Shown here: one piece after another, positions 53,120 to 60,847 of the stretch | How the letters are laid out: each line of letters begins with the position of its first letter | Numbering within the stretch: the stretch's first letter is position 1 | Source of the DNA: a virus | Reading direction: 5' to 3' (one strand) | Length of the DNA stretch: 64,000 bases | IMG/VR virus record: IMGVR_UViG_3300050505_000370 | Position numbers and translations under genes: made by a program | The notes under the pieces: model-generated | The model's input: only the letters and a program-made list of their open reading frames with translations | The model's database searches: none | Told to the model about the DNA's origin: nothing

Positions 53120-53453
53120 CCTTCTCCTCCATAGCTAATCTCTCTGCATCTATATCCCTCTGCCTAGCTTTCTCTAGGTCGGTGAAGTGGTTAGTACATC
53201 CCTCCTCCATGCACATCTCTTCCCAATGAGGTTGGGATTGGAAGCCTTCCCCCTTTATTCGGATAGAGGTAAAGGCCTGGATGTACTCCCTCACCCCTCC
53301 CTCATACTTAACACTATAGGAACCTTCCTCTGCATCCCAAACCTCCACCACCTTCCTAAAGGTCTTCTTCCTCCCTGTAGCTATCTCCTTTCCCACAAAG
53401 CTGTTGAGGAGCTTCTCTATCTCTTCCCCTATGGTTGTCTTAGTCTCTGGCAT
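53109..53453 (-). CDS. hypothetical protein (114 aa)
   Basis: ORF after the intergenic hairpin. Confidence 0.5.
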   Translation of the reverse strand: MPETKTTIGEEIEKLLNSFVGKEIATGRKKTFRKVVEVWDAEEGSYSVKYEGGVREYIQAFTSIRIKGEGFQSQPHWEEMCMEEGCTNHFTDLEKARQRDIDAERLAMEEKDGN

Positions 53454-53487
53454 TTCTGGAATCCTCCTTCTTTTGGAATAACTTTAG

Positions 53488-53571
53488 CTCTAGAATCAAC
53501 AGGGGGTGAGTGAGTCCCCTTTTCAACCCTTCTTCCAGTAGCGGCGGCTAAGAGTCTAGTTGATTCTAGAG
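53488..53571. repeat. 13-bp perfect inverted repeat CTCTAGAATCAAC / GTTGATTCTAGAG with 58-nt spacer
   Basis: Arms at 53488-53500 and 53559-53571, filling the gap between ORFs 53578-53814 and 53109-53453. Confidence 0.85.
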
Positions 53572-53577
53572 TTAAAG

Positions 53578-53814
53578 CTACCCCTCCCCTCTATCCTTTG
53601 CAGTCCTATGAAGGGCATCTGCCATCGCTATTACAACTTCATCCTTAGTCCAACTACTTGTGATTAACCTAAGGAACTCCATCATAAGTTTGTTATATAA
53701 CTCCCTTGGAATCATAACTACATTCTCTCCTCTCTTAAGGGGATAGGGATTGGTTAGAGAATTCCTAAGGTCTATAAGTTCATCCATTGTTAGGTACTTT
53801 AGGGGGATGGTCAT
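53578..53814 (-). CDS. hypothetical protein (78 aa)
   Basis: ATGA overlap. Confidence 0.5.
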   Translation of the reverse strand: MTIPLKYLTMDELIDLRNSLTNPYPLKRGENVVMIPRELYNKLMMEFLRLITSSWTKDEVVIAMADALHRTAKDRGEG

Positions 53815-53996
53815 TTCCCTTCCTCCTTTATCTCATAGGTTAAAATTGTCTGCATGGGGTAATAGTCATGTCCATTCAAATGGACAAATATCTTTCCTTT
53901 GTAGATTATGTAGAGAGGAGAGAATGGATAGTTCCAATCTATGTCAAACTCCTCTATCTCTGACACTTTCTCTCCCTTATGTAGAGTGATTATCAT
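53811..53996 (-). CDS. hypothetical protein (61 aa)
   Basis: ATGA overlaps. Confidence 0.45.
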   Translation of the reverse strand: MIITLHKGEKVSEIEEFDIDWNYPFSPLYIIYKGKIFVHLNGHDYYPMQTILTYEIKEEGK

Positions 53997-54226
53997 TTCA
54001 CCTCCGGCAAATCCAACTCAGTTATAAGATTCATATACTCCTCTAACCCATCCACTGAAGAATCCACCTTGTTAACCAAAAAGGTTAGATCCTTCTCTTT
54101 TAACTCCTGGTAGCAGTCAAGGCAAAAGGGTTTTTCCCTCTGCTTATTCTGCTTACAAGGGCAAACCCCTCCCTCTAGAAGGGCTTGCAACTTTCCATAG
54201 GTTGAATTAGAGTGATATGTCGGCAT
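53993..54226 (-). CDS. hypothetical Cys-rich protein (77 aa)
   Basis: CPC ... CLDC. Confidence 0.45.
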   Translation of the reverse strand: MPTYHSNSTYGKLQALLEGGVCPCKQNKQREKPFCLDCYQELKEKDLTFLVNKVDSSVDGLEEYMNLITELDLPEVK

Positions 54227-54431
54227 AAGCTTTGCACACTCCTTCCACTAATTTCCTCTCCCTTTCTATACTTCTCTTTGTGTTAGGGAGGATTATAGGG
54301 GCTTTAACATCCGAATGATGAGCATGTAATCTACCTGTGGTACTCCTATAGTATCTTAGATGTCCTCCACAAACTCTACATATTAAAGCTTCTTCTCTAA
54401 GCTTATTTATCTTCATCTCTTTTCCTTTCAA
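54207..54431 (-). CDS. hypothetical Cys/His-rich protein (74 aa)
   Basis: CRVCGG...HAHH. Confidence 0.45.
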   Translation of the reverse strand: MKGKEMKINKLREEALICRVCGGHLRYYRSTTGRLHAHHSDVKAPIILPNTKRSIERERKLVEGVCKAYADISL

Positions 54432-54478
54432 GGAGGTAAAGGAGAAGGTAAGGGGAGGAAAGATCCTCCCCTATCTAC

Positions 54479-55234
54479 CTACCCTTCCGCTACCTCCTCT
54501 ATAACATACTTCCCATCATAACTACCCTCTCTATCTAACCTCCACTCCTTCTTCATCTTCACCACTGGCCTCACCCACTCAGTTACCTTCGTCCCATTCC
54601 AAAAGGCTTTATAGGAACGGGAAGCCTTTGTGTCGAGGATCTCTGCTATACTCTCCCAGGTAGCATCCCCATTAGAGGCAGGAAGGTTATAAGCCTCCCC
54701 TCTCCCTATCCTCTTCTTAGGGGCTTCCTTTATCTCCCCACATTCCACCTTCCAAACCTCCCCTCCCCCAAAGGAGAAAGCCTCCTCAGGGGTTTGGAAG
54801 ATAAGGATGCCATACCCTTTTGCCCAAAGATGCTTCTCTGCGTAGGTCCTCCTTCCCTTGGGGTAGAAAAGGGCAAGGGGTGGGGGGATGGAGCGGGAGT
54901 GGAGTTGATACTCATTTGCTTCTGAGTTGTAGACACTAGAGAAGATTCGATAGGCGTAGGTTGGAGGAGGGGGAGGGGCTTCCTCTACCTTCTCTACCTT
55001 CTCTACCTTCTTGGTCTTCTTAGGAGTAGGGAGTAATCCTTCTGCCTTAGCTGCTCTAGCTGCTGCTTTGGCTGCCCTAAGGGCCTTCCTCTCAGCCTTC
55101 TCCTTCTCAGCCTTAACCTTAGCTGCCTTCTCCCTAGCTCTCTTATTCTTCTCATCCTTTTGAGCCCTCGTTAAAGGGGCTCTCTTCTTCCTCTTTCCTT
55201 CCTCTTTCTCTTCCTTTTGATCTTCTTCACTCAT
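54479..55234 (-). CDS. protein with Lys/Ala/Glu-rich (histone H1-like) N-terminus and a globular C-terminal domain
   Basis: KAAKVKAEKEKAERKALRAAKAAARAAKAE, then a PPPPP linker. AAAGGAG upstream. Confidence 0.5.
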   Translation of the reverse strand: MSEEDQKEEKEEGKRKKRAPLTRAQKDEKNKRAREKAAKVKAEKEKAERKALRAAKAAARAAKAEGLLPTPKKTKKVEKVEKVEEAPPPPPTYAYRIFSSVYNSEANEYQLHSRSIPPPLALFYPKGRRTYAEKHLWAKGYGILIFQTPEEAFSFGGGEVWKVECGEIKEAPKKRIGRGEAYNLPASNGDATWESIAEILDTKASRSYKAFWNGTKVTEWVRPVVKMKKEWRLDREGSYDGKYVIEEVAEG

Positions 55235-55383
55235 TTGGAATCTCCTTTTCTTCTAAAGTTCAACCTTCCTTCTTGGCCTAATCTGTCATCAAAGCACCTA
55301 ACAGCCAATAGATTATTTGCATTAGCCTATCCTCCTTTCCTTCTAAAGTGTTGGGACTTCCCAAATCTGCCCTTCCCTATCCT

Positions 55384-56739
55384 TCATAGCCCCTCCCCTC
55401 CCCCATTAAGCTTATCCAAAAACTCCTGCTCTAACTCATGGTGACTCTTCCTTATCTGATAAAGCTGTCCCCCTACCTTCTCGCCCTCCCAACAATGCCC
55501 CGCGTAGTCACAGAAGGCCCCGAACTTATAGCATTGTTCCCTTCTTTGGGGGAAATAGAAGTTTAGGACTCTTTTATAAGAGGGATTTTTTGCCTCTCTA
55601 GGGCCAGGGAGAGTAGGCTCTAATCCCTTCAAGACCTTCAACTTCTCATATATATCCTCTTCTTGATAAGCATTCTGCTCTATCCAGTTATTAACATCCT
55701 CATCATTCCTCATATAGGGAAAGGGGGTGATTATCATTCTCTCCATCTCCGCCACCTTCCCATCGGCCATCAACCTCTCCACCCACCCCTTTAGGTTATT
55801 CTTGAATTCACCTTCCTTCCATATATCTACCCTCTTCCAGCTTTTGGCACTTAGGGTCCTTTTCTTCCCCTCTTCATCCTCCCAACTCCACTGAGTTGCA
55901 TACTCTGTGGTGAGTCCAGTGTCCATCTTCCAAGGGTGAATAAGGGGGGTTTGCTGTTGCTTCCTCTGCAAAGCAGCCCCTCCACCACCTGAGCTAAGGA
56001 AAGAGCCATCCCCATAATAAGCACTCTTCTTCCTTGGCCCTTTAATGAAGAATTCCATCCTTATCCCTCTAACCTCCTCCCCAAAGAGTCTCTCAACCGC
56101 AATCATCTCGCTTATGCCCTGATCGTCATACTTATTCTTATCAACCTTCTCTCCATCTTCATCGAAGGTAGCGGTGTTGTCGTAGGAGGCAGTCTTAAAG
56201 CTATCGACATAGAGGGCTTGATCTACTTTCCCCCTAAACACACAATCTGCCGTACTCATCATTATCCCTTGGGGGGAAAGGGGCCAGTTTATCTCCTTCT
56301 CTATGGCCTTCATCTCTGTCCCTGGAAGGGTAACAACCTCATATTCCTCCTTTAGTCTAGGGTATTGAATAAACCACCAAGTCCATAGGAGGGTTTCTAA
56401 TAAGGCAAGTTGTTCTTCGTAGACAAAGAGTTGATCTTCGTTCTCCCCTATGGCTAACTCTTTGGAGAGGGCAGAAGCCTTATAGAGGGAAAGGGCCTCC
56501 ACCACAGCCTTCTCAGGGTCCTCCTCTGCCAACATAACTGCCCTGCCATGGTGGGCACAACTCCCAAAGGTGGTATTGATGTTCATCCTAGTAGAAACTA
56601 CCCCTGTAAGGAGAGCGTGGTAGTTGAGGAATCTCTCCCTAGGGCAACGATGGTAGGTTATGATGGCAGACCTAGAGGTGACAAACTTCTCCCCTTCTAG
56701 GATCTTCTTCCAGTCATCAAGGGTTAATAGACCTTCCAT
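55384..56739 (-). CDS. PD-(D/E)xK (RecB/Cas4-like) nuclease with Cys cluster
   Basis: N-terminal ITYHRCPRERFLNY. Core ADCVF ... YVDSFKT. C-terminal C-x6-C-x5-C (REQCYKFGAFCDYAGHCWE). Confidence 0.6.
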   Translation of the reverse strand: MEGLLTLDDWKKILEGEKFVTSRSAIITYHRCPRERFLNYHALLTGVVSTRMNINTTFGSCAHHGRAVMLAEEDPEKAVVEALSLYKASALSKELAIGENEDQLFVYEEQLALLETLLWTWWFIQYPRLKEEYEVVTLPGTEMKAIEKEINWPLSPQGIMMSTADCVFRGKVDQALYVDSFKTASYDNTATFDEDGEKVDKNKYDDQGISEMIAVERLFGEEVRGIRMEFFIKGPRKKSAYYGDGSFLSSGGGGAALQRKQQQTPLIHPWKMDTGLTTEYATQWSWEDEEGKKRTLSAKSWKRVDIWKEGEFKNNLKGWVERLMADGKVAEMERMIITPFPYMRNDEDVNNWIEQNAYQEEDIYEKLKVLKGLEPTLPGPREAKNPSYKRVLNFYFPQRREQCYKFGAFCDYAGHCWEGEKVGGQLYQIRKSHHELEQEFLDKLNGGGEGL

Positions 56740-56804
56740 AAGACGAACCTTCGGCCTTTCTCCACTCTCTTTAACCTTCCAATCTACCTTAAAGTGACCT
56801 AGAG

Positions 56805-56823
56805 GGCGGGGGCAGTCCCCGCC
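56805..56823 (-). other. GC hairpin near the 5' end of the transcript predicted from the 56834-56863 promoter
   Basis: Stem GGCGGGG / CCCCGCC (7 bp), 5-nt loop. Confidence 0.4.
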
Positions 56824-56833
56824 GAATGCGTCG

Positions 56834-56863
56834 ATTTTAGCCGAATCGGGCGGGACCTGTCAA
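56834..56863 (-). promoter_or_regulatory. sigma70-like promoter TTGACA-N18-TAAAAT (on - strand)
   Basis: -35 = 56863-56858, -10 = 56839-56834. The 16-mer CCTGTCAAGCAAATTC (56856-56871) is identical to 1155-1170. Confidence 0.55.
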
Positions 56864-56911
56864 GCAAATTCGGCAAGCGGGGGTGGATTTTTGCTAGGGT
56901 AAGAGCCATTG

Positions 56912-57409
56912 TTACCTTAGGTTACTCCCTTCCCAACCAAAGACTAGCTTATAATCCTTCGGCATGATATAGAAGATACTACTAACCTCATAAACCCCTC
57001 TCTCCTGCATCTCCTCCAAGTCCCTCTCATACCTCTCCTTCTCCTCAGGTAGGGTATAAGAGAAGGCACTCTTCCTTATCTCTCTAGCTTCCTTATCATA
57101 GCAGTGGCAGCAACTAAACTCCTCATGCCTTGAATCAATGACAAGGTAGTCCCAATCAGGGCAGGAATGTCTAAACCAAATGGGGGAAAGGGAGGCAATG
57201 GAGTGCCAAAGGGCCTCCCTATACTGCTCCCTAGCTACATTATAGGAGAATAGATTGTCTGCTCTCTCCATGCTTTCCTTATTTCTCTCAGCTACCTTCC
57301 CCCATACCCAACTAAACCACCTCCCCTTTTCATTTTCCCACATAAGACTCCTTTCATATATAACGGCCTTCATCTCATCTATCTCATTCATCTCCCATAC
57401 CCCCCACAC
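56912..57409 (-). CDS. hypothetical protein (165 aa)
   Basis: ORF in the array. Confidence 0.5.
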   Translation of the reverse strand: MWGVWEMNEIDEMKAVIYERSLMWENEKGRWFSWVWGKVAERNKESMERADNLFSYNVAREQYREALWHSIASLSPIWFRHSCPDWDYLVIDSRHEEFSCCHCYDKEAREIRKSAFSYTLPEEKERYERDLEEMQERGVYEVSSIFYIMPKDYKLVFGWEGSNLR

Positions 57410-57642
57410 CCCTCATGTTCCAAATACCACTCCTGCATCTTCATACAATGCATGATCCAAAGCAATACCCTCCTACTCCTCCATTGCTTGTCCTCACTCG
57501 CACTCCTGAGTATAGAAGAAGCTTCTGACATAGAGGGGTAGCTTCTAAACTCTATATAGGTGGCTCCACAGATACAACTCTCCCAATCCACCCACCTCCC
57601 TGGAGATTTTGGTTCTCTTATGGTTGGATTCCTATAAGCCAT
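57388..57642 (-). CDS. hypothetical protein (84 aa)
   Basis: ORF in the array. Confidence 0.45.
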   Translation of the reverse strand: MAYRNPTIREPKSPGRWVDWESCICGATYIEFRSYPSMSEASSILRSASEDKQWRSRRVLLWIMHCMKMQEWYLEHEGCGGYGR

Positions 57643-57646
57643 CGGC

Positions 57647-58027
57647 CTAACCTTCTCCCCAATCCTCTATCTCCCTCTCCATCTCCTCCTCCTTAGTCCT
57701 TAGAATAATCTCCACCGCCTCCGTCCTAGCCCAATCATTAACCTTCTCCCTCCCCTTCATAATAGCCCTATATAGCCGCCACTGAAGGGGGGTGAAGGTG
57801 GTGAAGGCTTCCCCACTTTGCACCCTATTGTAGAGATAAAAGGTATCCCTATCGGCCTTCTCCTCTATTTCCTCCCGCACTTCCTCTAAAAGGGTGGGTA
57901 AGTCTTCGTCTAGGGCGATTAGCTCTGGATTGTCTACGCAATTGTCTTTGTCCATCTCTCCCCTTTCCCCCTTCCTACTTCTTAGGAGGTCCCCCTTTCT
58001 TAAAATCCAACACCTTGGGGTAGTCAT
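57647..58027 (-). CDS. hypothetical acidic protein (126 aa)
   Basis: ORF in the array; overlaps the upstream gene's end by 53 nt. Confidence 0.45.
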   Translation of the reverse strand: MTTPRCWILRKGDLLRSRKGERGEMDKDNCVDNPELIALDEDLPTLLEEVREEIEEKADRDTFYLYNRVQSGEAFTTFTPLQWRLYRAIMKGREKVNDWARTEAVEIILRTKEEEMEREIEDWGEG

Positions 58028-59237
58028 CCCCTAAGGCATTCGCTCTCTTCTTAGCAAACTCTTCAGTGAACTTATAAGTGACAGTTGACCCATTTATAAT
58101 CCCTTGAAGAACCCCTAAGGCTACCAACTCCTCACAAACATATTCAATGGAGGAAAATTGCAACCCTGTCCCCTTAACCAACTCCGCTTGAGTAGCCCCT
58201 AAACCCACACTATCAAACACCTTTAACCTATTAAGGGGGATGGAGTCAAACCCCACCCTCCTCCCCAACTTCACATCCCTCTCATTACACTCCCCCCTTC
58301 TAAAGATTCTCGCATGTCCCATAGTTATCTGCATCATAGCCTGCATGATCCTAGTGGGGGCTTCTGGCTCAGGGACATCTATAATCTTCCCGTTAGCCCT
58401 AATAACAGGCCCTCTTAGAACAGCTACGAGTTCAGCAAGATGGGTGAATAGGGATTTGTCTGGAGGGGATACTTTTGTAGGAAGAGTTTCTACCCCAATA
58501 AGATTCTTGATAAGGATTGTTAGCTTGTTAATAATAACTGAATGGTCTACTTGGTCTGCTGCTTTGTCTGCTGTAGCTACCCCATCCTCCCTAGGCCACC
58601 GGACTTGCACAAATCTCTCCCCTAGGTCCCTCTGTATCTCACTAGCCCTTTCTATAGCTGAGGTAACAGCCGCCACCACACTTACCTTCCCACTCCAATC
58701 CATTGTCTTAGTCCCCTTCTTAGGGGCATACTTCCCATCATATATCTCTCTCATAACTGCTATAATCTCTTGTTTAGTCTCATACTTCCTCGCTAAGATA
58801 GAAGTAAAGTCCTTGAACACCAAAACCCCTTGGGTTCTCCCCCCATTCTTCTTTCCTTTGTCCTTGCCTATCTGGGGGAGTTGGAATAGGAGGGAGGACC
58901 CCCCATCTTTAACTGCCCTACCACTTATAAAGGAGGTAGGGGTTACATCTGAGACTAACATGGTGGAGGGGAGACAGGCTAAAGCATTGCAGATTATGGA
59001 GGTTTTACCGCTTCCTGAGGTTCCTACAACGAACAACCAAACGGGGTCACTATCGAGAAGGACATGGGCTGAGTAGACTGAAAGAGCTATTGCTAAAGCG
59101 TCCATGTCGGGCTTGTAGAACCAATAGGTTAGATGGGCTAAAATCTCATTCCAACGGTCATTTTTAGCCTTTTCACCCTCTGTAAGTGGTTGAATCTCTT
59201 GGGAGGCTTCCTCCATTTTTGGGGTGTTTTCTACCAT
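57975..59237 (-). CDS. P-loop NTPase, putative replicative helicase/initiator (DUF3987 / D5-like)
   Basis: LFVVGTSGSGKTS Walker A; VLVFKDFTSIL Walker B-like; C-terminal winged-helix-like tail. Confidence 0.45.
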   Translation of the reverse strand: MVENTPKMEEASQEIQPLTEGEKAKNDRWNEILAHLTYWFYKPDMDALAIALSVYSAHVLLDSDPVWLFVVGTSGSGKTSIICNALACLPSTMLVSDVTPTSFISGRAVKDGGSSLLFQLPQIGKDKGKKNGGRTQGVLVFKDFTSILARKYETKQEIIAVMREIYDGKYAPKKGTKTMDWSGKVSVVAAVTSAIERASEIQRDLGERFVQVRWPREDGVATADKAADQVDHSVIINKLTILIKNLIGVETLPTKVSPPDKSLFTHLAELVAVLRGPVIRANGKIIDVPEPEAPTRIMQAMMQITMGHARIFRRGECNERDVKLGRRVGFDSIPLNRLKVFDSVGLGATQAELVKGTGLQFSSIEYVCEELVALGVLQGIINGSTVTYKFTEEFAKKRANALGDDYPKVLDFKKGGPPKK

Positions 59238-59258
59238 CAGTTTCCTACCTTTCCCTCT

Positions 59259-59304
59259 CTAACTGTTGATAATTTCCCTTGCTCTTTCCCTAACTGTTGA
59301 TAAT
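59259..59304. repeat. Direct repeat CTAACTGTTGATAAT x2 (31-nt period) upstream of gene 57975-59237
   Basis: Copies at 59259-59273 and 59290-59304. Confidence 0.9.
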
Positions 59305-59479
59305 CTACTCCACAAAGCTCCCCCTCCCCCTTGAACACTTCTTATTTTAGTTCATGTGTGTATAGGGGGAAATATATGGAGTAGAAAGTCGATTCTAAAG
59401 GACTTATTTATTGCGATGAGGTAAAGGATTGAGTATAAAGGGGTTATCGAATAGGTTGAGGTAGCAGTTGGAGCACTAA

Positions 59480-59509
59480 TTGACATTGGTGAGTCTCCGG
59501 GTGTAGGAT
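59480..59509 (+). promoter_or_regulatory. sigma70-like promoter TTGACA-N18-TAGGAT on + strand inside the - arm
   Basis: -35 at 59480-59485, -10 at 59504-59509. Confidence 0.5.
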
Positions 59510-59515
59510 GAGCCT

Positions 59516-59680
59516 ACGGAAAGCTTAAGGAATTTACCACAAAGGGCCGTGGAAGTCAACCTACCAAAAGGTGGTAAATTCTTCCCTCCTTACGACTTAG
59601 AGGATACTTGGACGTAGCTGATAAGGTCTGTGCCTGAGGTGAGAGGGGAAGATTAGCCTTCCCCTCTCTTCTGCCTTTCC
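59516..59680 (+). ncRNA. candidate ~160-nt non-coding RNA
   Basis: Starts at the + promoter and contains no ATG. Has an 11-bp stem (59530-59540 / 59571-59581) and ends in the perfect 11-bp hairpin GAGAGGGGAAG/CTTCCCCTCTC (59641-59668) followed by TTCTGCCTTTCC. Confidence 0.3.
59531..59559 (-). promoter_or_regulatory. sigma70-like promoter TTGACT-N17-TAAATT on - strand, face-to-face with 59480-59509
   Basis: -35 = 59559-59554, -10 = 59536-59531. The predicted transcription starts overlap by ~10 nt. Confidence 0.45.
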
Positions 59681-59853
59681 CCCTCGTTAAATCTAATCTC
59701 ATCATACCTCCCTTGGGTAAATGCCTTCATATTCCTATTAACCTCCTTTAAGGCATGCCTTTCTCTATCAGAATAGTTGGCATACCCTACATAACGAACA
59801 GCATCCTCCATTGCTATAGTTAAGAGTATTGTTGCTTCTTGTATGCTCATCAT
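59653..59853 (-). CDS. hypothetical protein (66 aa)
   Basis: AAAGGAGAG upstream. Confidence 0.5.
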   Translation of the reverse strand: MMSIQEATILLTIAMEDAVRYVGYANYSDRERHALKEVNRNMKAFTQGRYDEIRFNEGERQKRGEG

Positions 59854-60310
59854 CTTTTTAACTCTCCTTTTATCTTTTTTCCTTGGGGATAACCAAGGGG
59901 AAGCAAGGAGGGATTCAACCTAGCAATCGGTTTCTCTGGCCTGTCCATTTTGGGAGGGTAGGTAGCTAATCCACCCTCCCTACTCTGTCCTCGCAGATAC
60001 TTCGCCATGGTAGGCTGTTACCTTCCCTGCTTATTCCCCCCTTAGTTTGCCTTCCTCCCCCTTGCAGGAGAGGGGCATATCAGACAACCCTATAGTAGGC
60101 CCAACTTGCCTATTCTTCCCCTCTAACCTTCCGGCCGGAACAGGAAAGGGGAAAATCCCTTCGGTATGCTAAAGGGCTTGGGCTGTCCAATCTCTTTATA
60201 GTCCTTCTATAGCCTCTATAACTTTAGCTTGTAACATCTATAGCAATATTCTTGAGACTTAAAGTGGGGAATCACCCTCCACCTATGCAATCCTATCCAA
60301 CACAGAAATC

Positions 60311-60847
60311 TCATATATCCCCTTTCTCTTCTATCTCTCCTTTCTTCTCCATCATCTCCAAACTCTTTAGATAGCTATTAACCTTCTCAGCCTGTCCCTC
60401 CACCACATCCTCTGGGGTAGGGATCATCTCTGGGTGGGCTAGAAACCACCCTATGGCTACCCCAAAGGTAAAGGAGGAAGCCAAAGCAGTGGTCCGGTTG
60501 TAGAGGTGGATCATGTTCTTCCAAGCTTTAAAGGCATCTAGGAAGGTAGGGATGTCTGTACACTGGCTAAATACCTCTGCTATAAACTTAGCCACTACCT
60601 TCCTATTATCCTCTTTGTGGATTGTACAGTTAGGATCTCCACAAAGGAGAGTTCCTAACGTTATGGAGTTATCTTCTTTCCTAAGAAGGGAGGAGACTAT
60701 TACCTCTATCTCCTCCTTAGAAGGGCTAGGATAGCCTGGAAGGCCCCCTCCACCTTGGTTAGAACCCAAGTTATCCCCCTTATCACCCTCTCCTTGAGGA
60801 TCGAAGTTGGGATATAGATTGAAGGGATCGTTATCCTTGTTTGACAT
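60311..60847 (-). CDS. hypothetical protein (178 aa)
   Basis: GGAGAAAGAG upstream. Confidence 0.55.
   Translation of the reverse strand: MSNKDNDPFNLYPNFDPQGEGDKGDNLGSNQGGGGLPGYPSPSKEEIEVIVSSLLRKEDNSITLGTLLCGDPNCTIHKEDNRKVVAKFIAEVFSQCTDIPTFLDAFKAWKNMIHLYNRTTALASSFTFGVAIGWFLAHPEMIPTPEDVVEGQAEKVNSYLKSLEMMEKKGEIEEKGDI

Noticed and set aside
58240-59076. 278-aa + strand ORF opposite the helicase-like gene. Similar long antisense ORFs include 24050-24457, 28061-28432, 31880-32272, 34121-34504, 36371-36643, 40256-40657 and 8004-8324.
   Set aside because: They are shadows of purine-rich coding strands. Their sequence is low-complexity Ser/Pro/Leu-rich, they have no Shine-Dalgarno elements, and they lie entirely inside better-supported genes on the other strand or in another frame.
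59259-59304. Direct repeats as bona fide DnaA boxes
   Set aside because: TTATCAACA differs from TTATCCACA at a conserved position, and the DnaA-box consensus of the presumed thermophilic host is unknown. I kept the repeats only as generic iteron/operator candidates.
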